Of a stretch of 64,000 bases of DNA, positions 14,691 through 27,242 are shown piece after piece. This DNA is from Myxococcales bacterium (GTDB lineage Bacteria > Myxococcota > Myxococcia > Myxococcales > JAKAPL01), in NCBI GenBank assembly GCA_021783235.1, contig JAJXUD010000012.1, positions 16,503 through 80,502 of the forward strand. Direction: 5' to 3'. The notes beneath the pieces are model-generated. The model searched no databases, was not told the DNA's origin, and worked only from the letters and a program-made list of their open reading frames with translations. The position numbers and the translations under genes were made by a program. Numbering within the stretch: the first letter of the stretch is position 1; each line of letters opens with the position of its first letter.

Positions 14691-17600
14691 ATGCAGCCGC
14701 CTCGCTCGCTCCGCGCGCTCATCGCGCAGGGGCTCGTCGCGCTGTCGCTCGCCGCCTGCCACCGCGGCGCGGGCGGCGCGCCGCCGCCGGTGACGGCGAC
14801 TCCCGCGACGCCGGCGAGCGCGGCCCCCGCCGAGAGCAAGCCGCCGCCAAGGCTCGCGGCCAGCGACGTGCAGCCCATCCTGAGCCCGCAGGGGAACGAC
14901 GGCGCGATCCCCGACCGGCTCGTCATCGAGCTCGCGCTGCCGGTGCTGGCCGACGGCTCCTTCCCGCGCCCCGCCTCGGCGAAGACGCGGCTCTCGTTCG
15001 AGCCGAGGGTCGAGGGGGAGCTCTCCTTCACGAGCCCGTCCACGCTGACCTTCACGCCTCGGCTCGGCTTCGCGCCGCGGCAGCGCTACCGGGCGACGCT
15101 CGAGCAGCTCGAGACCGACGCCGGGCCGCTGGCGGCGCCGGAGCCGGCGGGCTGGTCGACCACGTTCGAGACCCCGGCGTTCGGCTTCTCGCGGCTCGAT
15201 CTCGACGGGATCGACCTCGGCAAGCGGCGGATCGCGGTCAAGCTGCTCTTCACGGGGCCGCTCGAGGCCTCGCAGCTCCGGGGGCGCGCCTCGCTCCTGC
15301 TCGACGGCGTGCCGCCCTCGCACGTGGCGTTCGCCTCGACCCTCGATCCTCACGCGGTCCGCGCGCTGCTCGATCCGGCCTCCCTGCCGCCCGTCGGGAA
15401 GATCTCGCTGGCGCTGCGCGCGGGGGTGCGGCTGCGGGGCGGCCACGCCGAGGCCGAGGCGGCGGAGGCGAGCGTCGACTACTCGAGCGGCAAGCCGATC
15501 GACGTCAAGCTCGTGCAGCGGGGGGAGTCGCCGAGCGGCCACTACCTCGACGTGGTCTGCGACGATTCCGCGGCGGGCGGCGAGCGCTACTACTGGCAGC
15601 CGGACGCGGAGCAGTCGTTCCAGCTCTCGAAGCGCTGCCTGCCCACGGACGACAGCGCGCAGGAGCGGATCCACTTCACGCCGCCGGTGAAGTTCTCGAT
15701 CGCCCCGTCGGGGGGCGGTTTCCGCATCCTCGGAAGCTTCAAGCGCGGCAGCTACGCGATGCGCATCGACGCGGGCCTCGCCTCGGCCGACGGCGGAGTG
15801 CTCCTCGGCACGGTCGAGAAGTCGTTCTCCTTCCCGGCCCGCAAGCCGCAGCTCTCGTTCCTCTCGCAGGGGCGCTACCTGCCGCGCGCGGCCTGGAAGA
15901 GCCTGCCGGTGAGCCACCTCAACGTCGAGGAGGCGAAGCTCCAGATCCGGCAGGTGCCCCCCGAGGATCTGGTCTTCTGGGCGAGCGACGCCCAGAGCGA
16001 GAAGGCCACCGAGCGCGACAGCAACCTCCTGCTCGAAAAGACGGTCGCGCTCGGGCGCGCCGCGCCGGACGAGCCGACGACGAGCTGGATCGATCTCGCC
16101 TCGATGCTTCCCGCGAAGACGCGGGGGCTGCTCGAGATCCGCCTCTCGGCGGGCGGCGCGCAGGACGCGGTGGCGAGGATCGTCCTCACCGACCTGAACC
16201 TCGTGGCGAAGCGGGCCTCGGCCGCTCGGGCCCAGGACCAGTCGGTGCTCGTCTGGGCGCTCGACGCGTCGAGCGGCGAGCCGCTGTCGGGCGTCGACGT
16301 GAAGGCCGTGCGCATGAGCGGCAAGACGGTCGGCGAGTGCGAGACGCGCGGCGACGACGGCTGCCTCATGGCGCCCGCCCAGGACGACGCCGACCCCGCG
16401 CCGGCCTTCGCGCTGATCGCGCGCAAGGGGGACGACCTCACCTACCTCAAGTTCGCCGATCTCGAGACCGGCATCGACGACGCCGAGGTGGGTGGCGCGC
16501 CCTACCAGGGCGACCAGCCCTACCGCGCCGCGATTTACGGCGACCGGGGCGTCTACCGGCCCGGCGACGTCGCGCACCTCGTGGCGATCCTCCGCGACCG
16601 CGGCGACGTCGCCCCGCAGGAGCCCGTCCCGCTGGTCCTGCGGCTGACCGACCCCCGCGCGCGGACGATCCAGAGGCTCGTCGTCGAGACCAACCCGGCG
16701 GGGCTCGCGAAGCTCGACTGGCGCATCCCCGTCTTCGCCGACACGGGGAGCTACACGCTCACCGCGCTCGTCGCCGACAAGCCCGTGGGCACGCTCGCCT
16801 TCCACGTCGAGGAGTTCGTCCCCGAGCGGATGAAGGTCGTCGCGACCGCCGAGCAGAAGGATCTGCTCACGGGCGAGGCCGCCAAGGTGAAGGTCGCCGC
16901 GAAGTACCTCTTCGGCTCCACGCCCGAGGGGGCCAAGGTCGAGCTCGGCTGCAAGGTCGAGCCGGCGGCCTTTCACCCGACCCAGAACGCGAACCTCACC
17001 TATGGCGTCTGGCACCGGGGCGGCAAGGAGCCGAAGCCCATCGACCTCGGCAGCGCGGACGGGACGCTCGATTCGAAGGGGGAGGCGGAGCTCGCCTGCC
17101 CCGGCCAGGGCGGCCTCGCGGAGTCGGCGCGCGTCGTCGCCACCGCCGCGGTCTTCGAGTCCGGCAGCGGCCGGACGAGCCAGGCGGTCGCGACCGTGCC
17201 GCTCCACCCGGAGCGCTTCTACCTCGGCCTCTCGACCGGCGTGACCAGCGGCGCGGCGGGCAAGGCCATCCCCGTCTCGGGGAAGGTGGTCGACTGGAAC
17301 GGCGCCCGGATGAACGCCCTCACCAGCGTGGAGCTACGGCTCGTGCGGCTCGAAGAGGACTACGACTGGAGTTGGAACGCGGACGACGGGAACCAGGGGC
17401 TCCGGCGCTACCTCCGGCCGATCGTCGAAGGGAAGGAGACCGTCCCGGTGAAGGACGGGAGGTTCGAGGCGACGCTGACCCCGCAGGAGGACGCCGAGTC
17501 GTTCCTCGTCGAGGCGCGCGCCGGCAAGGCGCGCACGGATCTCGAGATCAAGGGGAACGGCCGCTGGTGGTGGGCGCCAGGCGAGAGCCAGGCGGAGCAG

Positions 17601-20348
17601 ACCCCGAAGCCGCAGAAGCCGACCTGGATCGTCTTGACCGCACCGCCGAAGCTGCGGGTCGGGCAGAAGGCGGTGGTGACCGCGAAGCTGCCGTACCGCG
17701 GCCGGGCGCTCTTCACGGTGGAGACCGACCACGTCCTCAGCTCGAGCTGGCGCGCCGTGCAGGCGGGGGAGAACGGCTTCGAGCTGACGCTCGACCGGTT
17801 CGCGCCGAACGTCTACGTGAGCGTCTTCCTCGTGAAGGACCCCCACCTCGAGTCGCCCCAGGCCTACCTGCCCGACCGGGCCTTCGGCGTCACCTCGGTC
17901 CCGCTGGAGCCGGTCGACTACACGCAGGCCGTCCGGCTGGAGGTGCCGAAGGAGGTGCGCAGCGAGGGCAAGCTCGAGGTCTCCCTCGATCTCGGCAAGC
18001 TCGACGGGCCGACCTGGGCCACGGTAGCGGCGGTGGACGAGGGCATCCTGCAGCTCACCCACTTCGAGCCGCCCGAGCCGCTGCGCCAGATCTTCGCGAA
18101 GCGCGCGCTCGGGGTCGAGACCTTCGAGACCATCGGCTGGTCGCTCCTCCTGCCGCCGCAGGGCGGTGCGGCAGGCGGAGATCAGGCGGCCGGCAAGGGT
18201 GGGCGCGTCCAGCAGGTCGAGCCCGTCGCGCTCTGGTCGGGCCTCGTCGAGCTGCCGCCGAGCGGCAAGGCGAAGGTGGCCTTCGACCTGCCTTCCTACC
18301 GCGGCGCGCTGCGCGTCATGGCCGTGACGGTGGGGCCGAAGCGAGTGGGCCACGCCGACGCCGAGCTGCTCGTGCGCGACCCGCTCGTGGTGCAGACGAC
18401 CTTGCCGCGCTTCCTCTACCAGGGGGACGTGGCGCAGATTCCGGTCTTCGTCTCGAACCTCTCGGGCGCGCCGCGCGAGGTGACGGTGACCATCGACGCC
18501 GCCGACCTCCCCTACCCCGGCCTCGATCTGCCGGCCGGGCTACCGGCTCCGGTGGCCGTCGTCGGCCGCTCGGCGAAGCGGCTGTCGCTCCCCGCCGGCA
18601 AGGACGGCGTGGTGGTGTTCCAGGCGAAGGCGACCGCGGCGGTGGGGGCCGCGACCCTGCGGGTCACCGCGAGCGCGGGCGAGCTCGCGAGCCACGAGAA
18701 GACCAAGGTGCCGATCCTGCCCGTCGGGCCGCGCACGCGGCTCGTGCAGCGCGTCCTGCTCTCGCAGGGCGACAACGAGCTCTCGACCGACCTCGCGGGC
18801 TGGCTGCCCACCTCCGAACGGTCGACCTTCTGGGTGACCTCGAACCCTTACGGCGACGTGCTGGATCACGTGAGCTACCTCCTGCACTACCCCTATGGCT
18901 GAATCGAGCAGACCGTGTCGTCGACACGGCCCCTGCTGTTCCTCTCCGACCTCGTGCCGAGCCTCGACCCGGCGCTGGTCGCGCATGACCGCATCGAGGA
19001 TCTCGTCTCCCACGGCATCGATCACCTCTTCACCATGCAGACCCCCGAGGGCGGCTTCAGCTTCTGGCCCGGCGAGACGGAGCCCCAGCTCTGGGGAAGC
19101 GCCAACGCGGTGCAGCTGCTCCTCGACGCCCAGAAGCACGGCTACGCGGTGCCCCAGGATCGGCTCGACGCCGCCGTCGACTACCTCGCGCAGGCGTCGT
19201 CGAACCTCGCGGGCGGCGGCGTCCGCCACGAGTGGAGCGAGCTCGGCGACGGCGACCCCGAGCCCTACGTGCAGTTCGTGCTGGCGCTGACGGGCAAGGC
19301 GAACCGGGGGCGGCTGCAGAAGCTCATCGACAGGATGGCCCCGAACCCGACGGGCGAGCAGGCCGAGGAGCTCTACATGCTCCAGGCGGCGCTCTGGCTC
19401 TCGGGCGATCGCCGCTACGAGGGCGCGCTGAAGCGGCCGGACGTCTCGGCGCTCACCGACGAGCGCTCGAACCGCTGGTCCTTCTACTCGGATCGGCGGC
19501 GGCGGGGCTTCATGCTCTCGACGTTCGTCGACCTCTTCGGCCAGGATCCCGCCGGAGAGCCGCTCGCGGCGCTGGTGGCCGAGGGGCTGCGCGGCCACGC
19601 CGACGACTGGTACACCACGCAGGAGCTGGTCTGGGGGATCACCGGCCTCGGCAAGTGGATCCGGGGCGCGGCGGCGACCTTCTCGCCGCCCGAGCTCGTC
19701 GCGGACGGCAAGCGGCTCGCGCCCCAGCCCGCGCCCCCCACCGCGAAGGGCGGCGATCGCGTCTGGGCGGTCGCGCGCGCGAGCGAGTACCACTCGGTCG
19801 ACTTACGGGTGAAGCAGAAGGGTGAGGGGAAGCTCTACCTCTTGCTCTCGAGCGAGGGCGTACGGGCGCACCCGGATGCGCGCGAGGGCGGCGAGGGGCT
19901 GCGGGTGAGCCGCCGCTACGTGAAGGAGGACGGCACGCCGCTGGACCCCTCGAAGCACGCGCTCGGCGATCTCGTCTTCGCGGAGATCGAGCTGACGAAC
20001 ACGACCGGCGAGCGACTCGACAACATCGCCCTCGTCGACCGCTTCCCCGCGGGTTGGGAGATCGAGAATGCCCGGCTGGGCCGCGGCGGGGCGACCGCCG
20101 ACTTCGTGTCGCAGGACGACCTCTGGACGGCGGACTACGTCGACCTGAGGGACGATCACGTCGAGTGGTTCGGAAGCCTCGGTCGGGGCGAGGCGAAGAA
20201 GGTGGTCTACCTCCTGCGCGCCGTCACCGCCGGCCACTTCGACGTGCCGCCGGTGGAGGCGTCGGCGATGTACGACCCTCGGATCTGGGCGCGCGGCGAG
20301 CCACAGAGCTTCGACGTGGGCGGCCCGTGGAAGCCGTACCTGGACTAG
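14691..20348 (+). CDS. Bacterial alpha-2-macroglobulin family lipoprotein (YfhM/ECAM-like). A single reading frame with an in-frame TGA at 18900-18902, at the thioester Cys position.
   Basis: Lipobox LSLAAC. Track ORFs 14691-18902 and 18915-20348 are in the same frame. The junction reads HYPYG-TGA-IEQTVSSTRPLLFL, compared with the canonical PYG-C-x-EQ thioester motif. pbpC lies immediately downstream, as in E. coli yfhM-pbpC. Confidence 0.8.
18903..18940 (+). promoter_or_regulatory. Candidate SECIS-like stem-loop downstream of the in-frame TGA
   Basis: Hairpin CCGTGTCG-T-CGACACGG at 18913-18929 starts 10 nt after the TGA. A possible lower stem pairs AGCA (18907-18910) with TGCT (18934-18937). 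The apical loop contains G and U. Confidence 0.4.
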
Positions 20349-20363
20349 CGGACGCGAGCGGAC

Positions 20364-22745
20364 GTGAGCGGCGAGCCCTCACCCTCCCCCCCCTTCCGGC
20401 GCGCCGCGCTGGAAGAGGGGGGCGCCACGAAGCCGCCGCGCGACCAGCGCTCCCTTCTTCCGGGCCGCGGTCGTCGATGGCTCGCGGCGCTCGCCGCCGT
20501 GCCGGTCGCGCTCCTCGTCGCCCTCTACGCCGTTCCCCTCCCCACCCGCCTCGCCGAGCCCGGCTCGACGATCGTCCAGTACCGCGACGGCACCACGGCC
20601 TACGTCTTCCTCTCGCCGGACGACCGCTGGCGCATTCCAGTCAGCGCGCGCGAGGTGGACCCCGCCTACCTGCGGGCGCTGCTGCGGCTCGAGGACAAGC
20701 GCTTCTGGCGCCACCCGGGCGTCGACCCGCTGGCCGTGCTCCGGGCCGCCTGGATCGACCTCTCCCGCGGGCGCGCGGTCTCGGGCGCCTCGACGCTCAC
20801 GATGCAACTCGTGCGCGTCCTCGAGCCGCGGCCGCGGACGCTCCGCTCCAAGGCGGTCGAGGCCTTCCGCGCGCTCCAGCTCGAGCTGCGGCTCGGCAAG
20901 CCGCGGATCCTCGGCGCCTACCTCTCGCACGCCCCCTTCGGCCGAAACGTCGAGGGGGTCGAGGCGGCCTCGCTCGCCTACTTCGGCCACGGCGCCCGCG
21001 CCCTCACGCCGGCGGAGATCGCGACCCTGCTCGCGGTGCCACAGGACCCGAACCACCGCTTCCCGTCGCCGCGCAACCGCGAGCGACTGCGGGCGGCCCG
21101 CGGCCGGGTCGCCGAGCGGCTCGGCGCGCCGCTCGGCCCGGCGAGCCCGGTTCCCGATCGGCTCCTGCCGTTCCCCCGCGAGGCGAGCCACGCGGCGGTC
21201 TGGCTCCACGGGCTCGAGCCGGCCCTGCCCCGCCTCCGGACGACCCTCGACCGCGGCATCCAGGCGACCGCGGCGCGGATCCTCGCCGGGGCGGCGCCTG
21301 CGCTCGCGCTCGAAGGGATCCACAACGGCGCCGCCGTGGTCATCGACCACGTCGCGGGCGAGGTCCGCGCGCTCGTCGGGAACGTCGAGCCCGACGACCC
21401 CTCGCATGGCGGGCAGATCGCGGGCTTCGCCCAGCGCCGCTCGACCGGCTCCACCCTCAAGCCGTTTCTCTACGCCGCCGCGATCGACCGCGGCCTCGCG
21501 CTCCCCGACGAGCTGGTGGCCGACGTGCCGAGCCGCTTCGGAGGCTACGCGCCCCACAACTACGACCAGAGCTTCGCGGGGCTCGTGCGGCTCGAGGAGG
21601 CGCTCTCGCAGTCGCTCAACGTCCCCTTCGTGCGGCTGCTCTCCCGCTTCGGCGTGCCCGAGTTCATCGGGCTTCTCGGCCGGCTGGGCGCCCGCGGCGT
21701 CGAGGACGATCCCGGCCGCTACGGCCTCTCGGCGGTGGTGGGGGGCGTCGAGATCTCGCCCCTCGAGCTCGCGCAGCTCTTCACGGCGCTCGCCGAGGAC
21801 GGCCTCGCGCGCCCCGCGCGGCTGCTCGCCTCGGATCCGGCGACCGCGGGCACGCGGATCTTCAGCCCCGGCGCGGCTTTCCTGACGCGGCGCGCGCTCT
21901 ACCGGCGCGACCGGCCGGACTTCCCGGCGCGGCGCGAGCTGTCGGGCGTCCCCGCGAGCATCCACTGGAAGACCGGAACGAGCTACGGCCACCGCGACGC
22001 CTGGGCGGTGGGCTCCGGGCCGCGCCACACCGCCATCGTCTGGCTCGGCAACTTCGACGAGCAGCCGAGCCCCGATCTCGTGGGCGCCGAGGCGGCCGGC
22101 CCCCTCTTCTTCGACGTGCTCGAGGCGCTCGACGGAAAGCTGCCGCCCCGCTCCGAGGCGCCGACCCAAGATCTCACCCAGGTCGATCTCTGCGCGGTCT
22201 CGGGCTTCCTCCCGACCCCGGCCTGCCCGGAGCGGCGCCACTCGCTCGCCCTGCGCCGCCGCGTTCCGACTAAGAGCTGCCCCTACCACGTCGCCGTGGA
22301 CGTCGACGTCTCGAGCGGGCTCGCGCTCTCGCCGACCTGCCGCGCGGGACGGCGCTTCGAGCGGAGGAGCTTCCTCTCCTGGCCCGCGAGCGTCCGCCGC
22401 TGGCTCGTCGACGAACAGCGCCGCTCTCCAGAGCTACCCGCCTTCGCCCCCGGCTGCGAGCTCGGCGGCGTCCGCGAGCCGCCGTCGATCGTCTCGCCGC
22501 CGTCGCGCGAGGTGGCCTTCCTCATCCCGGGCGTGCCGGCGGAGCGGCAGTCGATCGCGCTCGAGGCCGAGAGCCGCTCCCCCTCGTCCAGGCTGAGCTG
22601 GTTCGTCGACGGCGAGCTGCTCGGAACCTACCCGGCCGGCCAGCGCGCCTTCTGGACGCCGCGCCCGGGCCAGCACCAGATCGTCGTGATGGACGAGGCC
22701 GGGCTATCGGCGCGGCGCGAGCTCACCGTCCGATCCGCGCCGTGA
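20364..22745 (+). CDS. pbpC: Penicillin-binding protein 1C (bifunctional glycosyltransferase/transpeptidase)
   Basis: GT51 motifs (LEDKRFWRHPGVD, ASTLTMQLVR). Transpeptidase STGSTLKP (SxxK) motif. A C-terminal PBP1C-type domain. Located directly after the A2M gene. Confidence 0.85.
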   Translation: MSGEPSPSPPFRRAALEEGGATKPPRDQRSLLPGRGRRWLAALAAVPVALLVALYAVPLPTRLAEPGSTIVQYRDGTTAYVFLSPDDRWRIPVSAREVDPAYLRALLRLEDKRFWRHPGVDPLAVLRAAWIDLSRGRAVSGASTLTMQLVRVLEPRPRTLRSKAVEAFRALQLELRLGKPRILGAYLSHAPFGRNVEGVEAASLAYFGHGARALTPAEIATLLAVPQDPNHRFPSPRNRERLRAARGRVAERLGAPLGPASPVPDRLLPFPREASHAAVWLHGLEPALPRLRTTLDRGIQATAARILAGAAPALALEGIHNGAAVVIDHVAGEVRALVGNVEPDDPSHGGQIAGFAQRRSTGSTLKPFLYAAAIDRGLALPDELVADVPSRFGGYAPHNYDQSFAGLVRLEEALSQSLNVPFVRLLSRFGVPEFIGLLGRLGARGVEDDPGRYGLSAVVGGVEISPLELAQLFTALAEDGLARPARLLASDPATAGTRIFSPGAAFLTRRALYRRDRPDFPARRELSGVPASIHWKTGTSYGHRDAWAVGSGPRHTAIVWLGNFDEQPSPDLVGAEAAGPLFFDVLEALDGKLPPRSEAPTQDLTQVDLCAVSGFLPTPACPERRHSLALRRRVPTKSCPYHVAVDVDVSSGLALSPTCRAGRRFERRSFLSWPASVRRWLVDEQRRSPELPAFAPGCELGGVREPPSIVSPPSREVAFLIPGVPAERQSIALEAESRSPSSRLSWFVDGELLGTYPAGQRAFWTPRPGQHQIVVMDEAGLSARRELTVRSAP

Positions 22746-22780
22746 GCCGCCGCCTGGCCCGGCGAATCCGTCCCGCGGCG

Positions 22781-23191
22781 CTACTCCTTCACGGGCGGCG
22801 ACGAGAGCACGTCGACGCCGCTCGGCACGGTGACCTGGGCGTCGGCCTCGGCCGTCACGAAGAGCGTGAAGCGGGTGAACGACGTCACGGTCTCGAGCTC
22901 GCCCTCGAGGTCCTTGTCGACCTTGAGCGCCCCGACGTTGATGGGCTTGCCGTCGCCGCCGGCCGGCCGGACCCAGACGACGTAGGTCGTCGCGCCGTCC
23001 GAGAGCTTGGGCGCCGGGGCGAGGTGCTGGACCTCGAGGTCGATGTGGACGTTGCCGTTCGAGGTCTCCTTCGTCTTGAGGTGGCCCTGGGCGGCGGGCT
23101 CCCGCGAGGTGGGGAGGAGCTCGTAGGCGCTGCCGGCACAGCCGAAGAGGCCGATCGAGAGGACCAGGGCGAGGAAGGATGCGCGCTTCAC
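22781..23191 (-). CDS. Hypothetical lipoprotein
   Basis: GTG start preceded by GGAGG. Lipobox LSIGLFGC. The longer track ORF extending to 23581 is a GC-rich N-terminal artefact. Confidence 0.6.
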   Translation of the reverse strand: MKRASFLALVLSIGLFGCAGSAYELLPTSREPAAQGHLKTKETSNGNVHIDLEVQHLAPAPKLSDGATTYVVWVRPAGGDGKPINVGALKVDKDLEGELETVTSFTRFTLFVTAEADAQVTVPSGVDVLSSPPVKE

Positions 23192-23270
23192 GGGCGGACC
23201 TCCGGTTGAAGGGGTGACCGGCAGGCAGAATAGGAAATCCGACCGTCCCCGTCCACTCGCGACCGAGCCC

Positions 23271-24908
<1,638 letters not shown>

Positions 24909-24990
24909 GAAGGCGAATGGAATCGGGAGGGCCCGGGGCGGAGTGACCGTGGCCGAGGCCGGCACCGCGCCGGGCGCTCCAGCGCCACCG

Positions 24991-26370
24991 ATGGATCCCG
25001 ATCGGCGACCGACGCTGGGGCTCTGGGACTCCACCGCCATCGTCGCCGGCTCCATGGTCGGCTCGGGAATCTTCCTCGTCTCCGCCGACGTCGCCCGACT
25101 CACCGGCTCGCCCGGCTGGCTCCTCGGCGTCTGGCTCTTCGCGGGCGCCCTGACCGTGGCGGCGGCGCTCTCGTACGGCGAGCTCGCAGCCATGATGCCG
25201 AAGGCCGGGGGGCAGTACGTCTACCTGCGCGAGGCCTTCGGCCCCGCCCCGGCCTTTCTCTTCGGCTGGACGCAGCTCGCGGTGATCCAGACCGGCACGA
25301 TCGCCGCGGTGGCCGTCGCCTTCGCTCGTTTCCTCGGCGTGCTCGTCCCCTCGATCTCCGACCGGCCACTCGCGCTCGCGGGCCCGCTCGTGCCGACCCC
25401 GCAGCGACTCGTGGCGGTGGCCCTCGTCGTCCTCCTCACCTTCGCGAACTCGCGAGGGCTCGAGGCGGGCAAGCTCCTCCAGAACGGCTTCACCGCCGCC
25501 AAGGCGCTCGTCCTCCTCGCGCTCTGCGCCCTCGGCTTCTGGGCGCTCGGCGGCGGGGAGCGCTTCGCCTCGGCGGCCATCCACGCGCGCCCCTTCTTCG
25601 GCCCCTTCCCCGCCGCCACCATCGGCCCTGCCATGGTCGGCGCCCTCTTCGCCGCCGACGCCTGGAACAACGTGACGTTCACCGCCGGCGAGGTGCGGGA
25701 CCCGGCGAGAAACCTCCCCCGCTCGCTCCTGCTCGGCACGGCGCTCGTCATCGGCCTCTACCTCGCCGTGAACGTCGCCTACCTCGCCGTGCTCTCGCTG
25801 CCCGCCATCGCCCACGCCCCCGCCGACCGGGTCGCCTCGGCCGCCGTCTCGGCAGCCCTCGGCCCGGGGGCGGCCCTCGCGGTGGCGGTCGCGATCCTCG
25901 TCTCCACCTTCGGCTGCACGAACGGCCTCGTCCTCGCCGGCGCGCGGGTTTCGTACGCGATGGCAGGGGACGGCCTCTTCTTCCGCGCCGCCGGCAAGCT
26001 CAACGGGCGCGGCGTCCCCGGGGCGGCGCTCTGGATGCAGGCGGGGTGGGCCGCGCTCCTCTGCCTCTCCGGCAGCTACAGCGAGCTGCTCGACTACGTC
26101 ATCTTCGCGGTGCTCCTCTTCTACGTCCTCACGCTGCTCGGCCTCTTCCGGCTGCGCCGCACCCGTCCCGAGGCAGAGAGGCCCTACCGAACGCTGCTCT
26201 ACCCCTGGCTACCCGTGGCCTATGTGCTCCTCGCGAGCGCGATTGCCGTGGGGCTGCTGCTCGCCCCCGAAACCCGGAGCCAGGCGCTCTCGGGCCTCGG
26301 CTGCGTCCTCGCCGGCATCCCCGTCTACGTCCTCTTCCGGCGGCGGGCCGCCGGGCCGTCTCACCAGTAG
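24991..26370 (+). CDS. APC-superfamily amino acid/polyamine permease
   Basis: LGLWDSTAIVAGSMVGSGIFLVSA N-terminal motif. Polytopic membrane protein. An alternative GTG start lies at 24898. Confidence 0.8.
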   Translation: MDPDRRPTLGLWDSTAIVAGSMVGSGIFLVSADVARLTGSPGWLLGVWLFAGALTVAAALSYGELAAMMPKAGGQYVYLREAFGPAPAFLFGWTQLAVIQTGTIAAVAVAFARFLGVLVPSISDRPLALAGPLVPTPQRLVAVALVVLLTFANSRGLEAGKLLQNGFTAAKALVLLALCALGFWALGGGERFASAAIHARPFFGPFPAATIGPAMVGALFAADAWNNVTFTAGEVRDPARNLPRSLLLGTALVIGLYLAVNVAYLAVLSLPAIAHAPADRVASAAVSAALGPGAALAVAVAILVSTFGCTNGLVLAGARVSYAMAGDGLFFRAAGKLNGRGVPGAALWMQAGWAALLCLSGSYSELLDYVIFAVLLFYVLTLLGLFRLRRTRPEAERPYRTLLYPWLPVAYVLLASAIAVGLLLAPETRSQALSGLGCVLAGIPVYVLFRRRAAGPSHQ

Positions 26371-27074
26371 CTGCCGGAGTCGTGGCGCGGCGCGGGATCG
26401 GGGGTGCCCGAAAAGAGTCGCACGGTCACGAAGAGGGCCTGGGCCCAGCCGTTCGTATCGGCGTCGAGCAGGAGACCGAGGGCGACGCCCGAGCCGTTCT
26501 CCTCGCCCCAGCGCGACAGCACGAGGTCGCCGCCCGCCCGAACGTCCACGTCGAAGGCGCGCGACTCGAAGTCGGTTTCGGGCGACGGGGCGGAGACCAG
26601 GAGCGCGAGCGTGCTCACGGCCGGACCCGCGCCCGCGAAGACCGACCAGTCGCCGGGCAGCTGGTAGCGGAGCTGGAACGGAAGGGCGATCAGCCCGAGC
26701 GACATCGGCCCGGCGAGCGCGTCCGAGCTCTGCGGCGTGAAGCGCAGCGAACTCGGCCGGTAGCCCGCGAAGAGCGCCTCGTAGACGGCCCAGATTTCGA
26801 GCGTGAGGCTCGACGGCAACGGGATGCCGAGCCCGAGCTGGAGCCCGTAGCCGCCGCAGAAGCCGGCCGAGCCGCTGGCCGCGAGGGTCGCGCCGGTTGG
26901 GGTCGGACTGATCGAGCCGGCGTAGGCCTCACCCGTCCAGGCCGAGGGCAGGTTCGAGAGGAGCCCCGCCCCCCCGGACAGCTCGAGGCTCCAGGTCACC
27001 GCGCGCGCGGGCGCGGCGCAGAGGAGCGCGAGGAGCAACGGGACGATCCGCGAGAGACGCTCGGCCACGCCCAC
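26361..27074 (-). CDS. Putative outer-membrane beta-barrel protein
   Basis: Signal peptide ...LLLALLCAAPARA. Alternating-pattern strands. C-terminal aromatic residues (…GSYW). Confidence 0.55.
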   Translation of the reverse strand: MGVAERLSRIVPLLLALLCAAPARAVTWSLELSGGAGLLSNLPSAWTGEAYAGSISPTPTGATLAASGSAGFCGGYGLQLGLGIPLPSSLTLEIWAVYEALFAGYRPSSLRFTPQSSDALAGPMSLGLIALPFQLRYQLPGDWSVFAGAGPAVSTLALLVSAPSPETDFESRAFDVDVRAGGDLVLSRWGEENGSGVALGLLLDADTNGWAQALFVTVRLFSGTPDPAPRHDSGSYW

Positions 27075-27242
27075 TCAATGCCTCGGCCGGCGCCCGAAGT
27101 CGATGGAGGGCCCCCGCCACGCGCCGAGCGCCGGCCAGGCGTTGCTCGGGCTTCGTCGATTCTCGCGGCGCCAGCCGTTTGAAATACCGAGGTTGCCGGG
27201 ATAGAACCCTCGCCTTCCAGCCAGAACGGGGGCACCTCCCGC

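Noticed and set aside
14631-17207. 858-aa minus-strand ORF, and the 1444-aa alternative plus frame (14654-18988), overlapping the A2M gene
   Set aside because: Both are Arg/Gly/Ala-rich and low in complexity with no motifs. The A2M frame has a lipobox, the family architecture and the thioester motif.
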